The position numbers were made by a program, and so were the translations under genes. DNA of 64,000 bases from Macrostomum lignano (Eukaryota), in assembly GCA_002269645.1 (NCBI GenBank), contig NIVC01000292.1, forward strand, positions 372,001 through 436,000, in the 5' to 3' direction. The notes under the pieces were generated by a model. The model saw only the letters and a program-made list of their open reading frames with translations. It ran no database searches and had not been told where the DNA came from. Shown here in pieces: positions 26,244 through 36,401 of the stretch (its first letter is position 1; every line of letters begins with the position of its first letter).

Positions 26244-27306
26244 CCTGTCTGTCTGTCTGTTTGTGTCTCTCCTATTCAAGTTCCGCCGCACTCAGCTGTC
26301 CCCAAACCCAAACCGGCTCCCCCAGTGCTACCGGGACAACCAGGCGGTCTGGCAGAACCTGCGCGAGTTCTGGGACCCGGACACGGTGCAGCTGATGGAG
26401 TGGATCAGCTCGGCCACCCCGCCGGACGCCGCCTTCACGGGCAGCATGCAGCTGCTGGCCGGGGTGAAGTGCTGCACGGGCCGGCGGATCACCAACCACC
26501 CGCACTACGAGGACCGCGCGCTGCGGGAGAAAACCAGACAGGTGAGCGAACCCAGGACCTCCCCACAGCTGAACCAATCACCCACCACCCCACAGCTGTA
26601 CCAATCATCCACCACCCCACAGCTGTACCAATCACCCACCACCCCACAGCTGTACCAATCACCCACCACCCCACAGCTGTACCAATCACCCGCCACCCCA
26701 CAGCTGTACCAATCACCCGCCACCCCACAGCTGTACCAATCACCCGCCACCCCACAGCTGTACCAATCACCCGCCACCCCACAGCTGTACCAATCACCCA
26801 CCACCCCACAGCTGTACCAATCACCCGCCACCCCACAGCTGTACCAATCACCCGCCACCCCACAGCTGTACCAATCACCCGCCACCCCACAGCTGTACCA
26901 ATCACCCACCACCCCACAGCTGTACCAATCACCCACCACCCCACAGCTGTACCAATCACCCACCACCCCACAGCTGTACCAAATCTACGGCCGGAAGCCG
27001 CCCCACGAGGTGCACCGGATTCTGCGCTCGCACGGCTCGGACTTCATCATCCTGGAGGACTCGATCTGCCTGCGGCCCGGCAACGGCTGCGGCACCACGG
27101 AGCTGGTGGACAACCTGAACGGCGAGCTGACGGATCTGCAGGCGCGCCAGCCGCAGGCGCCGCCGGGTCTCCGGCGCAGTTCGGCGCCCCGATTTTGTCA
27201 TGAAATTCGGCGCTCGCACGGAGCGTCACCCGAGGAGAATCCGTACGCCAGGCTGTTTCAGCTGGTGCTGGAGAACCGGACCTTCCGGGTGTACCGGCTG
27301 CTCTGA
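20386..27306 (+). CDS. DPY19L3: DPY19-family C-mannosyltransferase, most similar to DPY19L3, about 762 aa
   Basis: Exons 20386-20859, 20938-21083, 22228-22357, 22452-22586, 22754-23002, 23673-23746, 23832-24148, 24918-25132, 26326-26541 and 26974-27306 (2289 nt, phases consistent). Motifs FSNIKEVEREISLRTEQGLYYSYYKQ, RMNIYQEV, LREHFSLPF, WQFNQFVLLLQ, RMKYFWTP, DPDTVQLMEWI, GSMQLLAGVKCCTGRRITNHPHYED and FIILEDSIC. Confidence 0.92.
21055..21200 (+). repeat. 48-bp triplication spanning the exon 2 donor of DPY19L
   Basis: Copies start at 21055, 21103 and 21151; each holds the last 29 nt of the exon plus GTAGGCGCTGGGGCTGCGG. Confidence 0.92.
21228..22062. repeat. C-rich compound minisatellite (about 24-25-bp units), DPY19L intron 2
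   Basis: Alternating units AACCACTTCTGAACCTGCCTCCCCC and ACCCACCCTGATCCTGCCTCCCCC. Confidence 0.93.
23005..23640. repeat. 49-bp minisatellite, about 13 copies (DPY19L intron 5)
   Basis: Unit AGCCGATATGTTGTGTAAATTACTATTTAGCATAGTAGCTTGACTCCAC; starts at the donor. Confidence 0.95.
24150..24805. repeat. G-rich 45-bp minisatellite (about 11 copies) with degenerate lead-in (DPY19L intron 7)
   Basis: Unit TGGGATGGGATGGAATTTGATGGGGTAGGATTATATGGGGTGAGA from about 24300. Confidence 0.93.
25138..26265. repeat. (CTGT)n/(CTGC)n microsatellite filling DPY19L intron 8
   Basis: About 1.1-kb tetranucleotide tract; the long SVCL ORFs are artefacts. Confidence 0.97.
26563..26982 (+). repeat. 27-bp minisatellite (16 junction copies) made of the exon 10 acceptor of DPY19L
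   Basis: Unit CCACAG|CTGTACCAATCACCCACCACC; the last copy is the homology-predicted acceptor (26973|26974). Confidence 0.95.
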
Positions 27307-27881
27307 GGAGTCGGGGACTCAAGCTGCCGTTCTCAACTTTTTAGGCTCGTTTATCACTATTAAAAATTGTTGATTATTAAAAATTATCCTTTCATAATCC
27401 GACTATGCTACTTCATTCTGTTTGTTTTTTCTATAAGTAGCAACCAACGAACATGTTATTGTTTCTCTACACGTTCTGTTTATTTATTTTCTAGTCAATA
27501 ATTTTTGTTGTCAGCTTCTGATCTCAGTGTGTTTTTGTCAATCAGCAGCCTTATGGTCTCAAAACTGCAGCCAGTGCCACCATTTTCATTTAGGCCAAAA
27601 TTTCCTTGCTTTTTACTCAATCAGTAGTGCTCCAAGGATTTTCTTATTAAATTTTGGTTTCAAGCGGGGGAATTGGGCTTATTGGTTGAAATTTGCACTT
27701 TATCAAACCATAACGCTTGACTTTGCTTCAGACAAAGTTTGCTCTGTTCTTTCACTGGGTATGTCAACTATATACTGGCACCTCGGGATCGGTTTTGCAT
27801 GCTAGTTCGAGTATTTTCACCTGTGGTGAGCACTTCTTTACTTGAATATTAGTTTTTTGTTCCTTTGTTTCACGCTGTGCT

Positions 27882-28643
27882 GACTACAGCATCTGTGTCC
27901 TGACTGGTGCTGTCATGAGGGGAGACTACAGCATCTGTGTCCTGACTGGTGCTGTCATGAGGGGAGACTACAGCATCTGTGTCCTGACTGGTGCTGTCAT
28001 GAGGGGAGACTACAGCATCTGTGTCCTGACTGGTGCTGTCATTAGGGGAGACTACAGCATCTGTGTCCTGACTGGTGCTGTCATGAGGGGAGACTACAGC
28101 ATCTGTGTCCTGACTGGTGCTGTCATGAGGGGAGACTACAGCATCTGTGTCCTGACTGGTGCTGTCATGAGGGGAGACTACAGCATCTGTGTCATGACTG
28201 GTGCTGTCATGAGGGGAGACTACAGCATCTGTGTCCTGACTGGTGCTGTCATGAGGGGAGACTACAGCATCTGTGTCCTGACTGGTGCTGTCATGAGGGG
28301 AGACTACAGCATCTGTGTCATGACTGGTGCTGTCATGAGGGGAGACTACAGCATCTGTGTCCTGACTGGTGCTGTCATGAGGGGAGACTACAGCATCTGT
28401 GTCCTGACTGGTGCTGTCATGAGGGGAGACTACAGCATCTGTGTCCTGACTGGTGCTGTCATGAGGGGAGACTACAGCATCTGTGTCATGACTGGTGCTG
28501 TCATGAGGGGAGACTACAGCATCTGTGTCCTGACTGGTGCTGTCATGAGGGGAGACTACAGCATCTGTGTCATGACTGGTGCTGTCATGAGGGGAGACTA
28601 CAGCATCTGTGTCCTGACTGGTGCTGTCATGAGGGGAGACTAC
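27882..28643. repeat. 42-bp minisatellite, about 18 nearly identical copies (intergenic)
   Basis: Unit GACTACAGCATCTGTGTCCTGACTGGTGCTGTCATGAGGGGA; the MRGDYSICVLTGAV ORF is a by-product. Confidence 0.96.
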
Positions 28644-30889
28644 CCAAAGCCTTCGATCATGGATAAATCATGCATGATCCCTATGCAAAAAGCATGCATG
28701 TTTCATCGATGATCATGCATGATATCATGCGTGTTACATGCATGATGTCACATGCATGGGTATCCATGTGCTATCCGTGTGTTTCAAAAATCATGCATGC
28801 TTTATACATGTAGTCTGCATGGTCACGCATGATTCATCAATGTGCTTGTAGGCACATAAGCATGGATTATTCATGCATGTTTTTGTCCCATTACTTTCAA
28901 TTATGAATCATGCATGTTTTTGTCTATAATTGCTGATTCAAATCGTATTTTAATTATATTAATATATCAACAAAGCCATTCATCCTCATTAAAAACAATT
29001 GGGCAAATATAATGCAATAAGTCTCTGCCATATCATTTAACAATCTCACATAGGCCATAAACAATGCGTGGCATTAAAGCTAAACAATGAATTTTATATT
29101 GTACCATGACCTTTGTGCCCGCTGGGCACTTATTCTTGCTTGATTTTGCGGGCAAGACTGCTTAAGAAATGGCCCATTCTCTGCCCGATATCGGGCTGGG
29201 CCATAGACGAAGCCGAAACGATTGTATTTAAAACGTTAAAAGTGCAACATTACAAAGAGGACAACAGTAACGATTTAATATAGTCTTGTGGTGCAACCCA
29301 CGCCGTCTTTACAGTACATGGCGTTCAGAGGTACTCACTTATAGGAAAAATAGAACACGGGATTCAGGAAGATTCTCGGTGCGCAAAAACTTATTGAATT
29401 ACTCCACACACTGTCTTGTTTTTGCTTCGGTAGAGACGACGCGTGAGGCATTCTCCACATCCAAAATGGCGCTCACTTCATCACTTGTTAGCTCCCGGAG
29501 TTGATTGTCGCTGCTCGCTTCAGCAGAAAGATCGTTTACTAGATCATCCAACAGGCCGTTGTCGAGCGCCTTGCTGACTCCAATCCAGGCACAGGCAAGC
29601 CAGTGTACTGATTGAACATTCGCCCACGGCCACGGAGTTGGCATACAAAGTCGATTTCTTCGCGCTGCAACCCAGAAATCTCGCCTCCTTCTATACAGGA
29701 GTAGTCTATCATGTTCTCAGAACGCTCGGGTCAGGAGTTAATGAAATTCAGTTTTAATAAAAAGTTAGACTAATTACGAGCGTATTACTTTGTCAGTCGC
29801 TCTTTTAGGCTCAGCTGATGTAAAATGAAATACAGTTTGCATTTTGTGCCATAGACAAATTCCATTTTCTTGCGGGCCGAGAATCAGGACTTGCACTGAA
29901 CTTAGACTGAAGCAAATGCAGTTTGACTCGCGGGCCGAAGAATGTCGTTTCTCGGCCCGCCCGCAAAATCAAGAAGGAATACAAATCCAGCAGGTTATCT
30001 AGGGCAAAAAGTCGGAAATCCTCGTGCCGCTTCGCGGCCCTCGGATTCTCCTCTTTTCCGCCCTAGAAAGCCTGAAGGATTTATATATTCTTGCCTTTTA
30101 ATGCCATAGACTACATTTAAGCCCGCTTGCAGGAGTCAAACTTACTTTAATGCAAATTAGCGGGCAGTTAATGATATTTAACGCCCTATTGTCTATTTCA
30201 AACTTACTTCAATGCAAATTAGCGGGCAGTTAATAGTACATTAATACCCATGCTTTAAGGAGTATCGGTATTACTATTATTGTGCCATAGACATTTGTGT
30301 CCTTGACAAAGTGGATCAAAATTAGCGGGAAGTTAATGACATTAACTGCCCGCTAATTTGCATTAAAGTAAGTTTGAAATAGACAATAGGGCGTTAAATG
30401 TCATTAATGCCAATAAAGGCAACTTAAAGCGTATTCAAGCAAAATGAACAATTATTTATATAGAAGACGGTAAATTAAAAGACAGCAATCATATATAATA
30501 AGAGAATAAGATCGCAAAAATCAAAGCTGTGCAGGGGAACCGTGGAGAATTAGTGCAATAAAATACAAGAAACTGGGTGTAAAATAAGAACTACTGCGCA
30601 ATGCCTACCAGCCTGTTCAGAAGCGGACGGGACAGACATCAGCAAGTCAAAATGTACAGGTTTGAGGATAATAATCTGCGTGTGTTAGCAGCACCTACCT
30701 TTCCCACTAGCCTTTAAAACTTACTTTTACCGACAGTATTAAGTATCAGAAATAAAAACTGGCAGTAAATATGTACAAACAAAAATACGAGTAGTTGTGC
30801 CAGGTACGAGGCAAGTTGGAGCGGAGCGACTGCAATAGCAAGAGTATGCTGAGTTCGCACACTATTCTACTTGCGGTCCAGTAATTGGG

Positions 30890-31215
30890 AGCATTCGCGA
30901 GATCAGCGGCAGAAGCGGCTGATTTTCCAACTGCCCCGACCGCCGCCCGGCGCTGCGGGGCTTCCAGGCTGCCATCGGCGTCAATGCTGCGCCCGCTTGC
31001 CGCTTCTGTGGCGAGGACGAGGCGATGGCCGTCCTTGCTGACCAACTGTCCCGCCCTGACGTCCCACCGCTGCCGCCTCTAGGGGCCCATGCCCGGAGCC
31101 CACGGCGGTGGTCGCCAATTATTCTGCTGTGCTGGACTTCCTCAAAAAGGCGGGCGTCGTCTGAGCCCCAGTGACATGGCTGACTGCCCCAGAGCGCCCG
31201 AATCTGAAGAAGAGG
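30890..31215 (+). mobile_element. Degenerate 3' end of a non-LTR retrotransposon (LINE) ORF2
   Basis: Frameshifted translation ...AIGVNAAPACRFCGEDE / LLTNCPAL..R...*G / VLDFLKKAGVV* resembles the C-terminal CCHC knuckle of I/R1/Jockey-group ORF2; it is followed by a short 3' UTR and GAAGAAGAG. Confidence 0.55.
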
Positions 31216-32166
31216 ATTGCAGATCTGGTCGTTGTAATTTCTGAGCATATAGGACACAAACAAGAAAGAGGCAGGTAGAGCTAGATTATTACAATATTTT
31301 CTTACATGGCTATATTGGTATTACTGTACACGCCTGTTAAATTACTGAACATGTATTGAATAAAAATTAATGCATAGAAATCTTGGATAAAAAGTTTTAT
31401 TTCTTACTCGAATATTGACTATTGAGCAGTGATGAGCACATATTTTGAGTGACTAATAACCAAATAATACACAAAGCAATCAAGTTCATAGTTATAGTTC
31501 ATATATTCATATCTAGCTCTATGATATGATATAATAGGAAGTATCAATATTGACAAAAAGATTAATCCTATCATGTGCTATTTTAATAGCTTGCTTAGAC
31601 TACAACACACTCACAATGAATTTGGCAGTTGCCTCAGGAAAGTCCGCAGGCTCCGCAGTTTACTTTTTAAACGTGACGCAATGGATTCCAGCTGAAACCA
31701 ACTGCTTCCATGCCAGCCTTCAACCGGAGCCCAGAAATTCTGCCCTCTGGCCAGGCGCTGATAAGAAGGGCAGCAGTTTTTTAAAATGCCCGAGTCCCTA
31801 CTCAGGAGTGCTGCGGCCTGCGGAACACTGAACTTTGGCTCAGTGCAACCAGCTCGCATTGCACTCTGGACTGCTTGCGGCGGATGCCGTCACGTGTTCT
31901 CCGGCGCAGCGTGAAAGCGTTATCGGATCCAAAGGCCTTTTCTGACCCCCGGGTACAAAATAGGGCCGGGCGGCGGGTCGAACTTTCTCTGCTCTGCTCG
32001 CCCGGCTGTCTGACTGAAAAGTTTGCGGACTCGAACTCAACTGCCGACTGACTGAACCCGCCATCAGCCCAGCTGCATCTCGAATCTTCCGTCTGAGTGA
32101 GTTCGCGTTTTAGCTGTATTCCATTTCAGTATTGGCCTTTGGCAGTGTGCTCAGGACCACTTCTGT

Positions 32167-32552
32167 TGGATTGCTAATCTAGCCAACTTGGAGTGAGAAT
32201 AGAATGGATTGCTAATCTAGCCAACCGGAGTGAGAATAGAATGGATTGCTAATCTAGCCAACTTGGAGTAAGAATAGAATGGATTGCTAATCTAGCCAAC
32301 CGGAGTGAGAATAGAATGGATTGCTAATCTAGCCAACTTGGAGTAAGAATAGAATGGATTGCTAATCCAGCCAACCGGAGTGAGAATAGAATGGATTGCT
32401 AATCCAACAAACTGGAGTGAAAATAGAATGGATTGCTAATCTAGCCAACCAAAGTGAGAATAGAATGGATTGCTAATCTAGCCAACCGGAGTGAGAATAG
32501 AATGGATTGCTAATCTAGCCAACCGGAGTAAGAATAGAATGGATTGCTAATC
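32167..32552. repeat. 37/38-bp minisatellite, about 10 copies (probable 5'-UTR intron of ELOVL)
   Basis: Unit TGGATTGCTAATCTAGCCAAC(C/TT)GGAGTGAGAATAGAA; lies between a GTGAGT donor at 32097 and the acceptor at 32750. Confidence 0.92.
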
Positions 32553-32751
32553 TACACGAAGCTAGCCCATTTCCAGATCGCCAGTGCATGTAATTTATGC
32601 TAATTTTAGACATTTTTGAGTTCCGCCCTAGACTAAACTGAGATCCCGGTGCGATGGACACAAATTAAGCCAACATCATCGCCTCACCTCAGATTTCTCA
32701 CAGCCCCATCACCCCCTGCCCTCCCCACCCCAGCGCGCATCCTTCCGCAGA

Positions 32752-33573
32752 ATGGCCTCCACCCAGGCAGCCGGCATCGCTGAGTCCCTCCGCCAGTTCC
32801 GCCAGTGGCTGGACGACATGGCGGACCCGCGCACCAAGGACTGGTTCCTCTGCGGCGGCCCCGAGACCATCCTGGTCATCTGGCTGATCTACCTCGTCGG
32901 GGTGATCGCCGGGCCTCGGCTGATGCGCGACCGGCCGGCCATGAACCTGCGCGGCGTGGCGCTGGTGTACAACTTCGTGCTGGTGCTGCTGTCCGTGTAC
33001 ATGGCCCACGAGTTCTTCTGGTCCGCCTGGCTGGCGGGCTACAACCTGGCCTGCGACCCTGTGGACTACTCGGACTCGCCTCTGGCCATGCGCATGGCCT
33101 CCGTGTGCTGGTGGTTCTACGTCTCCAAGGTCATCGAGCTCATGGACACCGTGCTCATTGTCCTGCGCAAGAAGAACGAGCAGCTGAGCTTTCTGCACAT
33201 CTACCACCACGCCACCATGATCCTGCTGTGGTGGAGCGGCGCCCGCTACGTCCCCGGCGGTCACTCGTTCTTCTGCGCCCTGCTCAACAGCAGCGTCCAC
33301 GTGTTCATGTACCTGTACTACTTCCTGGCGCTGCTCGGCCCCCACATGCGCAAGTACCTCTGGTGGAAGCGCTACCTCACCCAGATGCAGCTGCTGCAGT
33401 TCCTGCTGTTCAGCGTGCACTCCTTCGTGAACATCATGCAGCCGAACTGCGGCTTCCCCCGCGGCTACAGCATCTCCGTGGTCATCTACGGCATCTCCCT
33501 CATGCTGCTGTTCGGCAACTTCTACAGGAATGCCTACAAGAGGACCAGCGGAGCTCGGAAGGTTGCCGACTGA
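32752..33573 (+). CDS. ELOVL: Elongation of very long chain fatty acids protein (ELOVL4/7-like), 273 aa, uninterrupted CDS
   Basis: ELO family motifs DPRTKDWFL, YNLACDPVDYS, SKVIELMDTVLIVLRKKNEQLSFLHIYHH (HxxHH), NSSVHVFMYLYY and KYLWWKRYLTQMQLLQF. Confidence 0.95.
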   Translation: MASTQAAGIAESLRQFRQWLDDMADPRTKDWFLCGGPETILVIWLIYLVGVIAGPRLMRDRPAMNLRGVALVYNFVLVLLSVYMAHEFFWSAWLAGYNLACDPVDYSDSPLAMRMASVCWWFYVSKVIELMDTVLIVLRKKNEQLSFLHIYHHATMILLWWSGARYVPGGHSFFCALLNSSVHVFMYLYYFLALLGPHMRKYLWWKRYLTQMQLLQFLLFSVHSFVNIMQPNCGFPRGYSISVVIYGISLMLLFGNFYRNAYKRTSGARKVAD

Positions 33574-34292
33574 AGCTGCACGCAACAGGTACACTGTACA
33601 TGATGTGTGCGCACCCAGCCAACAGGCCCCCCACTCGTGCTCAAAAAGCGCTCACAAAAGTTATTACCAGTATCGAAGATTTAAATATTATGCCTAAAAC
33701 TGTCGCACAGAATTCCACATAAAAGTACATTCACTTCGCTAACATCAGCTTTCTCTCTGATGAAGCGCCTGTCCTTAGCTTAAACCTCTGGCCGGATACT
33801 CAAATATAAACTGCGACCAGCCACTTCTTGTAACTAAAATGGCAACTATACATGTACTTGCTCGTCTGTGCAGACCGCATGGCATATCGCTTCATCATTT
33901 TTTCTGCACAGAATTTCCCAATTGTAGATTTATTTGAACTTTCACTTAATTTGCTTTCAAACGCCACTTGTTGAAATGTGAAGACGTGCATAACCAGCGC
34001 TAAAGCTTTGGCTCACACTGTATGGTGTAGCGTAGATAAGAATTAGCTAACTTTTAAGCGAGCAATGACGGGACCATTGAGTTTCATTGAGCTGTTAAAA
34101 TCAGTTTGGAAAAGTAATTCGCTGACAGATAATTCTGTTGCGTGAATTTACAATGTTAATTCCAAGCGCAAAAACGCGAAATGTCTATAAATTATAAAAT
34201 CACCAGTTTTATTGTATGAAACAATGTAATTTTCAGCCAATCAATAAGTAGTCCTTGATGCTAATAACAGTTTTAATTCGCGCTCTTATTTT

Positions 34293-35240
34293 TGTTACAG
34301 GGGTCTTGGGGGAGGGAAGTTTTCCTATTGCTGACACCAAATTGTTGTAGGGTAAGTTATGGGATTCTTGGGGATTTCTGATAGATGTGCTAGTTTTATT
34401 ACTAATAGGAGTAAGCCAATGGTTGCTCCTGGTGGCGTGAGTGTCCGAGCGGCAAGACACTGTCTAAATTAAACTTAACTAGTCCGAGGGAATAAAGATG
34501 GGAGAGGGGAATTAAGGGCTTCGCGATGGATCAGAGTTGCCTGGGAAAGCACACTAATGGGAACTTCTAAATACTAATAGGGAATGCTGACAGCATTAGA
34601 TAAGAAGGTAATCTGCCTAATGAATGTGGGAAATTTCTACTAGGAAGGGTCGGGAGCGGGGATGCTTGGGGGAGGATCAGACTGTAAGTCCGAGGGAATA
34701 AGGCTGTACACCTGTGCAGACAGAATGTCCACAAAGAGGGGAGAGGATTGAGGGGCGGGGCGTATATTCTCTGGGAAAGAGGAGGAAAGGGGAGCGGCTT
34801 GGGGTAGGACTGCACGTCCTGGGGAGAGTGGGGAAAGGAGGCCTGTACGCTTCTGGCTGTACGAAGCTCCGTGGGAGAGGGAAGGCGGAGCGCCTTTAAA
34901 TGACTAAGACCAATTCAGATCTATTTTTGGAACAATTACAACCGCTGGGGCCAAGACCGGAGTCTAAAATTGGCAGGCGGAGGAAACCAACGAGCGCAAG
35001 TTCTCCTTCGTTTATTTTTCTCTCTCTCTTTTATAGTATTACAGGCAAAAATGGCGTACGTATTAAAACTAATTAAACATACAGAATTAGGCTAAAAGCT
35101 ACTATTGATGCTATTTTACTACTTAACAATACTAAAAACATATATTTATTAGGCACAGAATTCTTCAATCGAATATAAAAAATAGTCGTATTTATAAGGC
35201 AATGTATAAGTATAGTAGGCAAGGAATAATGGCTCTTACA
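34293..35240 (-). repeat. 3' LTR (948 bp)
   Basis: Direct repeat of 42695-43642 at a constant offset of 8402; no mismatch seen by eye. Sense-strand TATAAAA at 35035-35029 and AATAAA at 34400-34395. Confidence 0.96.
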
Positions 35241-35405
35241 ATTGGCCTTCCTGGCTTGAAAAATTTGAATGAGTAATGAGTGAAAATTTTCAAAAAGTAC
35301 TAATAAAGCAATAGTGAACAATACACACAAAATTAAAACATAGATTATGGAAACAAAATGATGTACCTAAAAGTTTTACGCATGCAAAATGAATGTCAAA
35401 TGCTA

Positions 35406-36401
35406 CTAAAACATATTAAACTCGCTTGGCAGTTGATTACGATACGGCCAGCCGCACTCCTGGCCGAGCCAGCGAATTTCGAGGCCGAGGCTCTGCTCGT
35501 TGAAACGTCGAGGGCCGCGCCGAAGGTCCGATAGTGCGTAGTGCACAGCGCGCCTCCAAGCAGCGACTGCGTGCACGGGCTGCAGTTGGCGCAGATTATT
35601 TAAAACTGGCCGCAGAGTCTCGCGCTGTGGGAATTCGCGTCCGTCTCGAAATCTTCCAGCCTGAACCAAGTACAGCTTAATGGCCGTAATCAGGCGGCGG
35701 TAGCTGGCACGCTGAGCCTCCGGCAGGCTCTCGACAGCTTGTGTGAAGTTACCGCCGATTTCGCGCAGCGGCTGATCCTGCCTGACAAAGCCGGCCATCA
35801 GGGGCGGTATGCCAGAATCCAGTGGCTCCATTTTGATCGGCGGAACGGGGCGGGGACGCGGCTGGTTCATCGGCCGTACTCCATAATTCGGCGGCGGGGT
35901 GACAAGAGGTTTCACAGGCTGCTGCTTCGGCGGAGATCGGGAGCGGGGTCGAGACTCTTGTTGCGCTGATGAGGGACGGGGTCCAAGTCTCTTGCGGATG
36001 GGCGGCGGCGGGGCTTCACTCGTGCTCAAAACGATAGCCGACTTGGTGTTGGGGGGTTGGCGTTGAATGGCGGCCGGGGAGATAGCAACTGGCACGTCGG
36101 CGTGACGCTTGAGCAGTGCTACTCGAGCTTCCGAGATGGATGGCGACGGGCGGGCGTCTGAGGTGGATGGCGGCGGACGGGCGTCTGAGGCGGATGACGG
36201 TGGGCAGGCGTTTGAGGTGGATGGCGGAGGACGAGTCACAACCGAGGCGATGCGGGGCTTGGGACCGGGCTTACTTGGTCTCGTAGGCTGGCGCTCGGGG
36301 ACAGGCAAGTCGCTATCTGATTCGTCGTCGAACTCATCAGCGTCAGAATCGCTGAGGCGGAGGTCATCCTCTAATTGCCTAAGACTCTCCTCGGAGTACA
36401 T
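35406..36401 (-). CDS. Retrotransposon ORF3, 331 aa, unknown function (not env-like)
   Basis: ATG-initiated, intact ORF in the element's sense orientation between the pol tail and the 3' LTR. Acidic and Pro/Ser-rich N-terminal two-thirds, then an amphipathic-looking C-terminal ~125 aa. Confidence 0.7.
   Translation of the reverse strand: MYSEESLRQLEDDLRLSDSDADEFDDESDSDLPVPERQPTRPSKPGPKPRIASVVTRPPPSTSNACPPSSASDARPPPSTSDARPSPSISEARVALLKRHADVPVAISPAAIQRQPPNTKSAIVLSTSEAPPPPIRKRLGPRPSSAQQESRPRSRSPPKQQPVKPLVTPPPNYGVRPMNQPRPRPVPPIKMEPLDSGIPPLMAGFVRQDQPLREIGGNFTQAVESLPEAQRASYRRLITAIKLYLVQAGRFRDGREFPQRETLRPVLNNLRQLQPVHAVAAWRRAVHYALSDLRRGPRRFNEQSLGLEIRWLGQECGWPYRNQLPSEFNMF

Noticed and set aside
24830-26291. 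ORFs of 299-688 aa with SVCL or TDRQ repeats
   Set aside because: They are products of the (CTGT)n intron; only the embedded DPY19L exons are real.
27882-28643. 42-bp array as a CRISPR array or a 265-aa repeat protein
   Set aside because: Units are contiguous with no unique spacers, the context is eukaryotic with no cas genes, and the ORF is open only because the unit length is a multiple of 3.
32698-33722. 298-aa antisense and 305-aa shifted ORFs over ELOVL (and similar shadows over other genes)
   Set aside because: These are typical shadow ORFs of GC3-rich coding sequence.
35241-35262. Polypurine tract of the LTR element
   Set aside because: The sense sequence AAGCCAGGAAGGCCAAT is only weakly purine-rich, so it was not called.
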